From assembly GCA_963668025.2 (NCBI GenBank), contig CAXXTH010000010.1, forward strand, positions 672,001-736,000: 64,000 nucleotides of DNA, in the 5' to 3' direction. Shown in pieces: positions 20,605 to 30,519 of the stretch. The notes beneath the pieces were generated by a model that saw only the letters and a list, made by a program, of their open reading frames with translations, made no database searches and had not been told where the DNA came from. Position 1 is the stretch's first letter. Each line of letters opens with the position of its first letter. The DNA is from Candidatus Hydrogenedentota bacterium. GTDB taxonomy: Bacteria; Hydrogenedentota; Hydrogenedentia; Hydrogenedentales; SLHB01. Made by a program: the position numbers and the translations under genes.

Positions 20605-22485
20605 GTGCGCCCGGCAGGGCGCGTTTACTTGAGGGTGCAAGTCCCTTACAGGCCTGATAGGAGGAACTGTTAGCCGGACGGCAAGGGTGTCCACCTTGAG
20701 GTGGAATCTGAAGGAAGCCGCAGGCAAAGCACTGGCCCGACGAACAGGAATCGCATAGGAGGCGGACATGCTGGGTGAGAAGGCAAATAGATTCAAAGCC
20801 CGAATCCTATCCGGAAAGCATGGACGTAGATGCGGCGGGTATAAGTGTGAAGGTGAACGCGCATTACCCGGGGAGATCTGCGTGTCCCCCACAGGGCAAG
20901 ACGCTCATCGAGCGTTGAGAGACATGCAGAAGTCAGCCGAGGGCATAGTAGGTTCATCGACCGGACTGAAGGCCCGAACGTGGATTGCGGTAAGGAGAAC
21001 TGGACTTTCGATGAGATCAGGAGACGCAGACCGATGGGCTGCAATGCCCGGAGCCACCCCGGCGGGTAGCGGACGGAATCCGCGAGAGGAAGGGGCAGGC
21101 GCGTCAAAGGTCACGGCAGGTTCGGAAGGCTCCAAGCCAGAGGTGACGGAGTTGATGGAAGCGGTGGTCGAACGCGAGAACATGAGGACGGCGCTGCGTC
21201 GAGTACAGGTGAACAAAGGTGCTGCGGGCGTGGATGGCATGACCGTGGAGGAATTGACGCCTTACCTCAAGACGCAATGGCCGGGCATCAAAGAGGCGCT
21301 GTTGGCAGGACGGTATGAACCGAGTCCGGTACGCGGGGTAGAAATCCCGAAACCGGACGGGAAAGGGGTGCGGCAGCTGGGCATCCCGACGGTGTTAGAC
21401 CGGCTTATCCAACAAGCGCTGCATCAGGTGTTGCAACCGCTCTTTGACCCGAACTTTTCCGAGTGGAGCTATGGTTTCCGTCCGGGCCGCGACGCCCATC
21501 AGGCGGTGCGCCAAGCACAAGCCTATGTGAGCGAAGGCCGGCGCTGGGTGGTGGACATGGACTTGGAGAAGTTCTTTGACCGAGTGAACCACGACATCTT
21601 GATGTCGCGGGTGGCCCGCCGGGTCAAAGACAAACGGGTGCTCCGGCTCATTCGGAGCTACCTTCAAGCAGGCATCATGGAAGGCGGATTGGTATCGCAG
21701 CGCACGGAAGGTACGCCGCAGGGCGGACCGCTTTCGCCGCTGCTGTCCAACATCCTGCTGGATGACTTGGACAAGGAACTGGAACGTCGGGGCCATGCCT
21801 TCTGCCGCTACGCCGACGACTGCAACATCTACGTGCAGTCCAAGCACGCGGGAGAACGTGTGCTGGCCTCACTGACCCGGTTCCTCCATGAGCGGCTCAA
21901 ACTCCGGGTTAACTCGGACAAGAGCGCCGTGGACCGTCCGTGGAACCGAAAATTCCTGGGCTACAGCATGACGCCCCACCACGAGCCGCGACTCAAAGTC
22001 GCGTCCAAGAGTGTGGAACGCTTCAAGGCCAAGCTCAGGATACTTTTCCTGCACGGACGCGGTCGAAACCTCCAGCGGTTCATCCAAGAACTCGCGCCCG
22101 TGTTGCGTGGCTGGGTGAACTACTTCCGGCTGGCCCAGGTGAAGGGACTCTTCGAGGAATTGGACCAGTGGATTCGGCGTAAGCTGCGCGGTCTCCTCTG
22201 GCGACGGTGGAAACGCGTCTACACACGAGCAAAAAACCTGATGAAACGGGGATTGGACGAGAAACGTGCGTGGAAGTCCGCCACCAACGGACACGGCCCC
22301 TGGTGGAACGCCGGAGCCTCGCACATGAACGAAGCCTTCCCCAAGAAGTACTTCGATGAACTTGGACTCGTGACACTGCTGGATCAACTGCACAAACTTC
22401 AAGACAAGACACGAACCGCCGTATACGGAACCGTACGTACGGTGGTGTGGGAGGGCGGCGGAGGCGACTCCGCCCCCTACCCGAT
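20605..22485 (+). mobile_element. Group II intron A, class IIC
   Basis: 5' GTGCG after hairpin-TTTT; RT ORF in DIV; short DV GAACCGCCGTATACGGAACCGTACGTACGGTGGT with CGC triad; DVI ending CCTACCCGAT. Confidence 0.93.
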
Positions 22486-22786
22486 GTGTGCCAAGCATGG
22501 CGCGGATCTAAGGGGTGTAAGTCCCCTGCAAGCCCTGATGGTGGGAATTGCTAGCCAAGAGCAAGGGCGTCGCCGCGAGGCGGGGTCTGGAGGAAGCAGG
22601 AGGCAAAAGTCGGACTCGACGCACAGAAACCGGATAGAAGGCCGGGGTGGCGGGGCAAGCCAGCAATGGATGGCGACGCCCAATAACCATTCGGACACAC
22701 ACCTTGGTAAATCCGGCGAGGCCCGGCGGAAAGAGGCGCGTCTTACCTTGGGAGACCTGTTCATCTGTCTGGAAGAGCCAGACTAG
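21011..22786 (+). CDS. ltrA: Intron A reverse transcriptase/maturase (no endonuclease domain); frame reads through DV/DVI into intron B
   Basis: NKGAAGVDG, RQLGIP, SYGFRPGR, DLEKFFD, GTPQGGPLSPLL, RYADD, GWVNYF; ATG 21011 after AAGGAG; CGA at 22412 where a stop would be expected. Confidence 0.9.
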   Translation: MRSGDADRWAAMPGATPAGSGRNPREEGAGASKVTAGSEGSKPEVTELMEAVVERENMRTALRRVQVNKGAAGVDGMTVEELTPYLKTQWPGIKEALLAGRYEPSPVRGVEIPKPDGKGVRQLGIPTVLDRLIQQALHQVLQPLFDPNFSEWSYGFRPGRDAHQAVRQAQAYVSEGRRWVVDMDLEKFFDRVNHDILMSRVARRVKDKRVLRLIRSYLQAGIMEGGLVSQRTEGTPQGGPLSPLLSNILLDDLDKELERRGHAFCRYADDCNIYVQSKHAGERVLASLTRFLHERLKLRVNSDKSAVDRPWNRKFLGYSMTPHHEPRLKVASKSVERFKAKLRILFLHGRGRNLQRFIQELAPVLRGWVNYFRLAQVKGLFEELDQWIRRKLRGLLWRRWKRVYTRAKNLMKRGLDEKRAWKSATNGHGPWWNAGASHMNEAFPKKYFDELGLVTLLDQLHKLQDKTRTAVYGTVRTVVWEGGGGDSAPYPMCAKHGADLRGVSPLQALMVGIASQEQGRRREAGSGGSRRQKSDSTHRNRIEGRGGGASQQWMATPNNHSDTHLGKSGEARRKEARLTLGDLFICLEEPD

Positions 22787-24379
22787 CGGGATGGCAACAT
22801 GTCGCGAGGGGTGGGCAGGAGTCAGCCGAGGCCATAATACCCGCAAGGGGAAGGGCCGAATCGATCATTCAAGGAGCAGCATTGAACGTCTCGTGGGATA
22901 GGGAGCGGCAGGAAGTAGCAGGTTGCCAGATGGAGTTCCCACTGGAGTCGGCTTGCCACGGCGCAATCGGAGAAGGCGGAACCGAATCGGATGCGTTCGA
23001 GGCGCGGCAACTATTTCCGGCGGCGAACAAGAGGCGAGCCTTGACGCAAGACTTGATGGAACGGGTCGCGAGTCTTGCGAACCTGACGGAAGCGGTACGC
23101 CGGGTGCAACGGAACAAAGGCGCGGCGGGTGCGGACGTCATGAGCGTACGCGACCTGAAGCGTTGGTTTCCGGAACACTGGCGGGGACTGCAAGAGGAAC
23201 TGACGGCAGGGCGCTACCGTCCCCAACCGGTGTTGGGAGTGCAAATCCCCAAGCCGGGCGGGGGGATGCGGCAACTGGGCATTCCGACGGTGGTGGACCG
23301 AGTCGTGCAACAAGCGCTCTTGCAGGCTCTCGAACCGCTTCTAGACCCGGCCTTCTCGGAAAGCAGTTATGGATTTCGTCCAAGGCACAATGCACATCAG
23401 GCGCTGCGGCAAGCCAGCACGTACGTAAGCGAAGGCCGCTGCATTGTTGTGGACATGGACCTGGAAAAATTCTTCGACCGGGTCAACCACGACATCCTGA
23501 TGGCGCGCGTGGCGCGGCACGTGTCAGACAAACGCGTACTCCGACTCATCCGCTGGTTTCTTGAAGTGGGCATGATGCAGAACGGCGTATGCATCGAACG
23601 ATACGAAGGGACCCCGCAAGGCGGTCCTCTATCGCCGCTGCTGGCCAACCTGCTCTTGGACGACCTGGACAAGGAGTTGGAGAAACGAGGGCATCGTTTT
23701 TGCCGCTATGCGGACGACTGCAACATTTACGTGCAGACGATACGCGCGGGAGAACGTGTCCTGACATCGGTCACGCAGTTCCTTGAGGGGAAGCTGAAAC
23801 TACGGGTGAACCGCGAGAAGAGCGCGGTGGCGTTCGTGGGAGAGCGGAAATTTTTGGGTTATCGCTTGCTGGGTGGGGGGCGATTGGGCATCGCGCCCAA
23901 GAGCCTCGACCGGGCGAAAGACCGCATCCGCGACATCACGCGACGCAACCGCGGCGACGCCAAAGTGCGCCAGATGATTGAGGAGCTCAACAGCTTCCTG
24001 AGCGGCTGGATAACCTACTATCGGTTTGCCGAAGCAAAGGGCCATCTGGAACGCCTCGGGGAATGGATGCGGCGCAAACTGCGCTGCGTCATCCTCAAAC
24101 GCCTCAAGCGCACGAAAACCATAGCGGACTTCCTTAGAAAACTAGGCGTGCCGCAATTTCAGGCATGGATACTCGCAGGGTCCGGGAAGGGCTGGTGGCG
24201 CAAAGCGGGGAGTCCTCCCGCGCAACACGCCATGGACAAACAATGGTTCGCGAAACAAAAACTGATAGACCCGGTTCAACGGTACGAAACGTTCAAAAAT
24301 GACCGAAACCGCCGTGGTACCGAGCAGGTATGCCCGGTGGTGTGAGAGGGGGGGACCGTGAGGAACCCCCCTACTCGAT
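22486..24379 (+). mobile_element. Group II intron B, class IIC, copy 1 (1894 nt), abutting intron A
   Basis: 5' GTGTG; DV AAACCGCCGTGGTACCGAGCAGGTATGCCCGGTGGT; 3' CCTACTCGAT; boundaries supported by the second copy. Confidence 0.93.
22882..24345 (+). CDS. ltrA: Intron B reverse transcriptase/maturase
   Basis: RQLGIP, DLEKFFD, GTPQGG, RYADD, GWITYY; TTG start after AAGGAG (start uncertain); ORF overlaps DV and stops just after it. Confidence 0.92.
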   Translation: MNVSWDRERQEVAGCQMEFPLESACHGAIGEGGTESDAFEARQLFPAANKRRALTQDLMERVASLANLTEAVRRVQRNKGAAGADVMSVRDLKRWFPEHWRGLQEELTAGRYRPQPVLGVQIPKPGGGMRQLGIPTVVDRVVQQALLQALEPLLDPAFSESSYGFRPRHNAHQALRQASTYVSEGRCIVVDMDLEKFFDRVNHDILMARVARHVSDKRVLRLIRWFLEVGMMQNGVCIERYEGTPQGGPLSPLLANLLLDDLDKELEKRGHRFCRYADDCNIYVQTIRAGERVLTSVTQFLEGKLKLRVNREKSAVAFVGERKFLGYRLLGGGRLGIAPKSLDRAKDRIRDITRRNRGDAKVRQMIEELNSFLSGWITYYRFAEAKGHLERLGEWMRRKLRCVILKRLKRTKTIADFLRKLGVPQFQAWILAGSGKGWWRKAGSPPAQHAMDKQWFAKQKLIDPVQRYETFKNDRNRRGTEQVCPVV

Positions 24380-24577
24380 TTTACAGCCTCGGAATTACAT
24401 CGGGACACCACAAAGTGGTTTAAAACTGAATGTAACAAATGGATTCTCCTTCTCCGTGACATGGGTGATACGCCTATGTCACAACATTCAAAATGGACTT
24501 GGAGCTGTACAGTGCGATGAGCGCCGTATCATTGCATACAATTTATAATCGCTCTAGCGTGGTTTTCTGGCATCTTC

Positions 24578-24606
24578 TTGACAAAATAAGCATTACTGTG
24601 TAGCTT
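24578..24606 (+). promoter_or_regulatory. sigma70-type promoter
   Basis: TTGACA-N17-TAGCTT upstream of the 24820 CDS. Confidence 0.55.
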
Positions 24607-24819
24607 AATGCATAAATACGCACAAATGTGTTCGAGGGATCATTCGGCTAGTCATTTGGCATATGCTCCGTTTTCAGTACTTACGGTGGAGTCAAATGAG
24701 GTGAGGGTGGAACACAGGCAGCCTGGATCCATCTACGAGTTGTAGGGATTGATGCATGATTGAGGCGATTCTTCCGCGAAGGTGGTGTTTCGCCACGAGG
24801 GGAGAGGAGAATTGATGCG

Positions 24820-27282
24820 ATGCTCTTAAAACTAGCCACCAATAATCTCCAATGGTTCAGTGGTCTTTTTCGAGTGGCGCTGGCTGGAATTGCACTGTTC
24901 GGTGCAATTTTTCCCATCGCCGTCCGTGCAGAGGAGTCCGGGAAAATGCTCGTGGCAACCAAAGATCCGAATACTTCCGAAGTCGTGCTGGGTAACGATA
25001 TCGTCCGAGTTCGTTTCCCGTGGAAATCGGCCCGTTTTGAAAAATTTCCTAATGGCTACACTGGATACACCCTCGAAATGTACAAGGACGGCCAATGGGC
25101 GCCGATGGCCGTTGCTCCTTATTTTTCGTCATTTTCTTACCGTTCCGGCTGGGGCCGCGACTGGCTTCACTATGTCATTCCTCGGACGGTCGAGGTTTCG
25201 CAAGACGCCGGGTATGCCCGCGTGGTGTTCAAGGAAACCATGGCGGATCTGGACCGCGTGCCCTGGCGGTTCGAATTCACTTTCGAGGTCCGGCCCGGCG
25301 CGCCTTATATTGAAACCACCTATACTGCGACGGTCGACGGCAAGTGCGAGGTGTTGTTATTTGATGGGCCACGGCTGCATGTAGGAGAAGGCGCTTTTGG
25401 CGGCGCGCGGGAAGAGGCGCTCTTCCCTGGCATCGAGTATCTGCAACACGAGGAACGCTCGAGCGACATGGATGCGATGGGCCCCGGCGCACGCTTGCAT
25501 ATGACGCCACTCCCCTCGCAAATCACGATACCTCTGATGGCGATTTACAATGAAGGATGCGTGGCTGGCCTCATGTGGGATCCAATGAAGCCTTGGCATG
25601 GCGATAAAACCTGTCCCAGTGCGCTGTTCGCGTCCCCCAACTGGCTGGAAAACGAATCCAACCATCTGCTGGGGCTTTTCCTGCCCAGCGCGCCTGATTA
25701 TGTGCCCGAGAATGGCGTTCGCGCGCATATTCCTTTAGTGTTGGAGGCGGGTGAAACGATGCGCATGGAGGCTTCTTTATTTGCAGCGCCAGCGTCATCG
25801 GTCATGGATGCCGTGGAACTGTGGCTGAAGAAACGCGGCGGTTTGCCGGAGCCCACGAAACCGCCCTGTTCTTATCGGGAACATGTCGCGAAACAGGTTC
25901 AGATCCTTGTAGACGATGCCTGGGACAAAGAGGGCAAAGGATGGCCTTGGGAATATGGCGGTGATGCTACATTTCATCCGACGATAGCCACCGTACTCGC
26001 CAAGTCACTGCCATTCATAGATGACAAGGAACTCGAGAAGCGCGCACGCGAACGGATTCAGGTGGTCGCCAAAGACACCGCCTATCTGCCGCTGGCGTTT
26101 CGTTGGGGCAACCTTGCACGGGCCGTTGAAGTGCAACGGGCAAGCGCTCAAGCTCTTATCGACGCACAGGCCGAAGACGGCTCCTGGGGATATCACCAGT
26201 CGGAAACCGCCGAACTGGGATTACTAGGCTTAATGGGCCCCCCTGAACCAGGCTACATCGCAGAGGAGGGACAGCGCTCCCAAGGAATTACTGCGGGCAA
26301 AACCGCATCTTTGCTCGAATATGCGTTGTTGGCGAATGATCCGGCGGCGCTTGCTGCGGGACTGCGCGGCATCGAGGACATGAACCGGTATACCGTGCCC
26401 TATGTGTATGACAATGACGAATGCCCGCCATCGCCGTCGTTGCATGGTTCCTATTTCGGTATGCGGGCTTGTTTGATTGCCTACCGGATGACGCAAGATA
26501 AGGCCTATCTGGACCAAGCCAGGAAATGGGCGATGACGGGGCTTCCCTTTGTGTATCTCTGGAGCTTTGGCCCGCGGAATGTCGACTTTGGCCAAGTCCA
26601 TACAGCGGAGAAACACTTTGTAAGGGGCAATGAGCTATATGAAAACACTGAGCGGGATCCCATGCTTTATGGGGCGCTGTACGGATATGGCTCCAGCCAG
26701 TATATGCACCATTGGTACGGCTTATTGGTCCAATGGATAGGCCTAAAGTATGCCGAAGATCTTGTCCGCATGGCCAAATACGATTCATCTTTCCCATGGG
26801 AAACCCTCAGTGAAGGTCTTGTGTCGAGCGGGATGTGGCAGACCTTTGATGTAAAGCCGTTCGCCGGGTACTTTCCCGATGCCTTTAGCGTCGAGCGATG
26901 GGCGCCCAGTGGGCCTGCTTTCTCACCCGCTTGGCTGCTAAACACCATCCTTTTGTGTGGCTTTGATGTTCAGGACTGGGATACCACCATCGTTCCTCAT
27001 GAAAACGGCAGATTCCATATCACAAGCTCTACAAGCGTAGGAGGCGCTGTCTTTACCGATGGCATGCTTCGATTTACCCTGGATGACCCGGCATGCGCCT
27101 ATGTGAGGGCAGTTGTAACGGATGTGCCGTCCAACTCATCCATAACGGTGGATGGCCAGGCGTTGCAGCAGGTGGAAGACCTCATATCCGTGGAAGAAGG
27201 CTGGCAGCGAACTCCTCAAGGCATTACTTTGATTAAGGTTTGCCAGAAGGAGAAGCCACGCGCCATTGAAATAGCCTCGTAA
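24820..27282 (+). CDS. Large secreted protein of unknown function, possibly carbohydrate-active (beta-sandwich + helical barrel)
   Basis: AGGAG RBS; signal peptide ending AVRA; long open frame; QAEDGSW and AYRMTQDKAYLDQA resemble (alpha/alpha)6-barrel repeats. Confidence 0.6.
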   Translation: MLLKLATNNLQWFSGLFRVALAGIALFGAIFPIAVRAEESGKMLVATKDPNTSEVVLGNDIVRVRFPWKSARFEKFPNGYTGYTLEMYKDGQWAPMAVAPYFSSFSYRSGWGRDWLHYVIPRTVEVSQDAGYARVVFKETMADLDRVPWRFEFTFEVRPGAPYIETTYTATVDGKCEVLLFDGPRLHVGEGAFGGAREEALFPGIEYLQHEERSSDMDAMGPGARLHMTPLPSQITIPLMAIYNEGCVAGLMWDPMKPWHGDKTCPSALFASPNWLENESNHLLGLFLPSAPDYVPENGVRAHIPLVLEAGETMRMEASLFAAPASSVMDAVELWLKKRGGLPEPTKPPCSYREHVAKQVQILVDDAWDKEGKGWPWEYGGDATFHPTIATVLAKSLPFIDDKELEKRARERIQVVAKDTAYLPLAFRWGNLARAVEVQRASAQALIDAQAEDGSWGYHQSETAELGLLGLMGPPEPGYIAEEGQRSQGITAGKTASLLEYALLANDPAALAAGLRGIEDMNRYTVPYVYDNDECPPSPSLHGSYFGMRACLIAYRMTQDKAYLDQARKWAMTGLPFVYLWSFGPRNVDFGQVHTAEKHFVRGNELYENTERDPMLYGALYGYGSSQYMHHWYGLLVQWIGLKYAEDLVRMAKYDSSFPWETLSEGLVSSGMWQTFDVKPFAGYFPDAFSVERWAPSGPAFSPAWLLNTILLCGFDVQDWDTTIVPHENGRFHITSSTSVGGAVFTDGMLRFTLDDPACAYVRAVVTDVPSNSSITVDGQALQQVEDLISVEEGWQRTPQGITLIKVCQKEKPRAIEIAS

Positions 27283-27313
27283 AATCCGTTGATTTATTAA
27301 AACAGCTTTGAAT

Positions 27314-27344
27314 GAAAGGGCGCGGTGCTGCACGCGCCCTTTTT
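27314..27344 (+). terminator. Rho-independent terminator
   Basis: AAAGGGCGCG-loop-CGCGCCCTTTTT after the stop at 27282. Confidence 0.75.
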
Positions 27345-27448
27345 CTCATATGCGCCAGGCCGGGCGTTTGGAAGCCGATGATTGCCGATTTCCCCCTTCC
27401 CTTTCCTACATGGTAAGATACTCGCGGTGTTGTAGAAGGGGATTCTCA

Positions 27449-28375
27449 GTGCGTCATCCGTGTTGCTTGATATATGCCGCCCTCATGGCAAGCCTGGTTC
27501 CAGCGTTATGCGCATTCGCGCAAAACGAGAAAGAAACATGGTTCTGTTTGATAGACGGCAAAGGCCTCCTCACCGAGGTGCGGGGCGAGGGCTGGTTTCT
27601 GCGCGGCAATACCGTGACCGGCGACAAGACCTATCCTTTCATCCAGCTTAAACAAATTGAGCGCCTCGCGGAGGACCGCCTGCTGGTGACTTTGGACCCG
27701 GAAGAAGGGGAAAGCGGGACGGAGAAAGAGCAGGAAGAGGTTTTCGCTCCCACTATTGGCTGCGCCGCTTCTTCTTTATATGGCGAGTATTTCACGACAG
27801 ATGGGCTCCGGCATGTCGTTAGCGCCGATGTGCTCTTTAAGACGTATTGTTTCGTCATTATTCATGGGGAATTGAAGTATAATCCCGAGACAAAAAAATA
27901 CTATCCCCCGGATTATGAATATGATCCGTATACACGAAAGCGACTGGTGGAATGGAATCGCGAGCAATCGCCGCTTACGGGGATAAAAGCCGCCCGGGCT
28001 GGCCTTATGGCCATAGCACTGTCGAACTGGATCAACCAAAACGGCCCCATGCGTTCCATCGAGCTGCATGCCCCCCGCCTGCGGGATTCGAGGATGCTTC
28101 ATGATCACCTCGTGGAACTGTTTGGCCGCGATATGGATGAACTCCTTGATGACGCCGTGGCGGAAGCCAAGCGGCGTAAATTGCTTGAAGAAACCGTCGT
28201 GGGAACGGACCTGGATTCCGAGAAGCAATTGCGTTCCACCCAGCAGGAAAAACCCGCATTGGTGGAATCGGTGGAAGAACTGACGCCTGAAGCAGAAGAA
28301 ACCGCACAGACACCGGCGGAAAAGTCCAGAGAAGAGAAACCGCAGGCGGAAGAATCTGGCGCGAGTAAAAAATAA
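27449..28375 (+). CDS. Hypothetical exported protein with acidic C-terminal tail
   Basis: GTG start after AAGGGG; signal-like N-terminus; protein-like composition. Confidence 0.6.
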   Translation: MRHPCCLIYAALMASLVPALCAFAQNEKETWFCLIDGKGLLTEVRGEGWFLRGNTVTGDKTYPFIQLKQIERLAEDRLLVTLDPEEGESGTEKEQEEVFAPTIGCAASSLYGEYFTTDGLRHVVSADVLFKTYCFVIIHGELKYNPETKKYYPPDYEYDPYTRKRLVEWNREQSPLTGIKAARAGLMAIALSNWINQNGPMRSIELHAPRLRDSRMLHDHLVELFGRDMDELLDDAVAEAKRRKLLEETVVGTDLDSEKQLRSTQQEKPALVESVEELTPEAEETAQTPAEKSREEKPQAEESGASKK

Positions 28376-28539
28376 CCTTAGAAGACGATAGACGGGCAGT
28401 CCAAAAAAGACGAAGAATAAAAGAAACGCCCCTGACTTATATCACGCCATGAAATGATGCGCATGGATATACGCCAGATGATTTTTCGGCGAAAAGGGGC
28501 ATAACACATGGAAATCAGGCATTTGGAGGGAGCGTAGCG

Positions 28540-29601
28540 ATGGGCGTGGTAATGGTGACCGGTTCGGGAGGATTGATAGGCGCGGAAACCGTCCGGCGTT
28601 TCGCACGGGAAGGTTTCACCGTCGTGGGCATCGACAACGACATGCGAGCCTATTTCTTCGGCCCTGAAGGCTCGACGCGCTGGTCGAGCGAACGCTTGTG
28701 CGCGGAACTGCCCAATTTCCGCCATCATGCCGTGGATATCCGGGATTATGCGGCGCTGGAAGGCGTATTCCAGGAATACAAGGGCGATATCCAGCTTATC
28801 GTGCATACCGCCGCGCAGCCGAGCCATGACTGGGCCGCGAAAGAGCCGCTCACGGATTTCGGCGTTAATGCGCTGGGCACGGTGAATATGCTCGAACTGG
28901 CGCGCCTGTACTGCATTGAAGCGCCGTTCATCTTTACTTCGACTAACAAGGTTTATGGCGACACGCCGAACTTGCTGCCGTTAATCGAAATGGACACGCG
29001 CTGGGAGGTGGAGCCTTCCCATCCATATGCGGAATATGGCATTGATGAAACCATGAGCATCGACCAATGCAAGCACTCCGTTTTCGGCGCTTCCAAGGTC
29101 GCGGCGGATGTCATGGTGCAGGAATTTGGCCGGTATTGGGGCATGAAAACCGCCGTATTCCGGGGGGGCTGCTTGACGGGTCCAGGGCACTCCGGCGCGG
29201 AATTGCACGGCTTTTTGTCTTACCTGATGAAGTGCGCCATCACGAAGCGCGAGTACCGCATTTTTGGCTACAAAGGCAAGCAGGTGCGCGACAACATCCA
29301 TTCGTATGACCTTGTCGAGTGTTTCTGGCAGTTCTTCCAAGCGCCCCGCTCGGGCGAAGTGTATAACATGGGGGGGAGCCGGCATAGCAACTGCTCGATG
29401 CAGGAAGCTATCGCCATGTGTGAAGAACTCACCGGCAACAAGATGGTGACGGCTTATGTGGATGATAACCGCATCGGCGATCATATCTGGTGGATTTCGG
29501 ATGTCCGCCGCTTCCAGCAACACTATCCAAGCTGGCAATATCAATATGACATCCATTCGCTGATGAAAGAGATTCACCGGGGATTTGAAGGCCGTCTGTA
29601 A
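28540..29601 (+). CDS. NAD-dependent epimerase/dehydratase, CDP-paratose 2-epimerase (RfbE)-like
   Basis: [34 protein letters not shown]; the YxxxK position reads FGASK. Confidence 0.88.
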   Translation: MGVVMVTGSGGLIGAETVRRFAREGFTVVGIDNDMRAYFFGPEGSTRWSSERLCAELPNFRHHAVDIRDYAALEGVFQEYKGDIQLIVHTAAQPSHDWAAKEPLTDFGVNALGTVNMLELARLYCIEAPFIFTSTNKVYGDTPNLLPLIEMDTRWEVEPSHPYAEYGIDETMSIDQCKHSVFGASKVAADVMVQEFGRYWGMKTAVFRGGCLTGPGHSGAELHGFLSYLMKCAITKREYRIFGYKGKQVRDNIHSYDLVECFWQFFQAPRSGEVYNMGGSRHSNCSMQEAIAMCEELTGNKMVTAYVDDNRIGDHIWWISDVRRFQQHYPSWQYQYDIHSLMKEIHRGFEGRL

Positions 29602-29730
29602 CGCCTTCCGGGAATATGGCATAATAACGCGGGACTGGCCGCTGAGTCCTCCCTTCGGGAGAAGAGGATTCCTCAGTCCCGGCTAACCCCCCGCCGCCCA
29701 AGCGCGCGGCATAAGAGGAAAGGATTTTCT

Positions 29731-30450
29731 ATGAACCGGTTTGTGTGGAGTTTCGTTGCTTTTGGAGCGGTTGCAATAGTGCTGTGCGGCTGTGGAGAAA
29801 AAGCGCCGGATACGGGCGGCATCACGCAAGTGGTTGAACCTGGCCCGGGGAATAAAGCGGTCATTACGACGCCTCCGGCTCCTGCTTCCTCGCCTGCCCA
29901 AAAGGCTCCCGCGCCGGCCCAAAAGGCTGCCGCTCCGGCAAAGAAAGCAGTGTATAAAGAGGAATTGTTGTTTACGGGCAACCATCCCTGGAACGCCATC
30001 GGCAATGGCGATTTTGAATATTTTTACGAAGGTTCGCTTTTCCCGCATGAATGGATTGGCTGGTACCACTATCCTGTATGCGCGTCCGAGAAATCCATTA
30101 AGAAATTCGGTGAACACAGCGTGAAAATCACCGGGCTCAAGAAGGATTATTCGGTGCTGATTTCCAAGACAGCCCCTCCGCTCGAAAAAGTATATGGAAA
30201 AAAAGTGACATTCGGGGCATGGGTGTATACCTCGAATCCGAAAAAAACGGATGTGGTCGTTTACAGCAATTTGGAAAAACCGCCTGCGTCGCAGCCCACC
30301 AAGGCCAATGAATGGCAGTTAGTGAAAGTAACCACCACGGTTCCGGAAGACGCGGAAACGTTTATGGTCGGCATCAGCCTCAAGCCGGATGATAATCCTG
30401 TGGTGTGTTATGTGGATGGCGCTTCCCTGTACATCGACCGTGAACTCTAG
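29731..30450 (+). CDS. Lipoprotein with Pro/Ala linker and CBM4_9-like domain
   Basis: Lipobox VLCGC; PAQKA repeats; NGDFE...VTFGAWV...WQLV...YVDGASL. Confidence 0.7.
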   Translation: MNRFVWSFVAFGAVAIVLCGCGEKAPDTGGITQVVEPGPGNKAVITTPPAPASSPAQKAPAPAQKAAAPAKKAVYKEELLFTGNHPWNAIGNGDFEYFYEGSLFPHEWIGWYHYPVCASEKSIKKFGEHSVKITGLKKDYSVLISKTAPPLEKVYGKKVTFGAWVYTSNPKKTDVVVYSNLEKPPASQPTKANEWQLVKVTTTVPEDAETFMVGISLKPDDNPVVCYVDGASLYIDREL

Positions 30451-30519
30451 ACGGATTTGAGGGAGCCGGTTCACGATGGCCCGGCTCCCATTGCTTATCT
30501 ATGTGGAGGACACATCGGC

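Noticed and set aside
20768-21010. N-terminal extension of the 672-aa RT ORF
   Set aside because: It translates ribozyme domains I-III; the RBS and DIV position favour ATG 21011
6875-24345. Diversity-generating retroelement (FGE-domain target plus nearby RTs)
   Set aside because: Both RTs are group II intron proteins inside complete ribozymes; no template repeat or Avd gene seen in the window
24380-24460. tRNA 3' end / att core after the intron stack
   Set aside because: No TTC-arm/CCA pattern and no matching direct repeat at the other end of the kdp block
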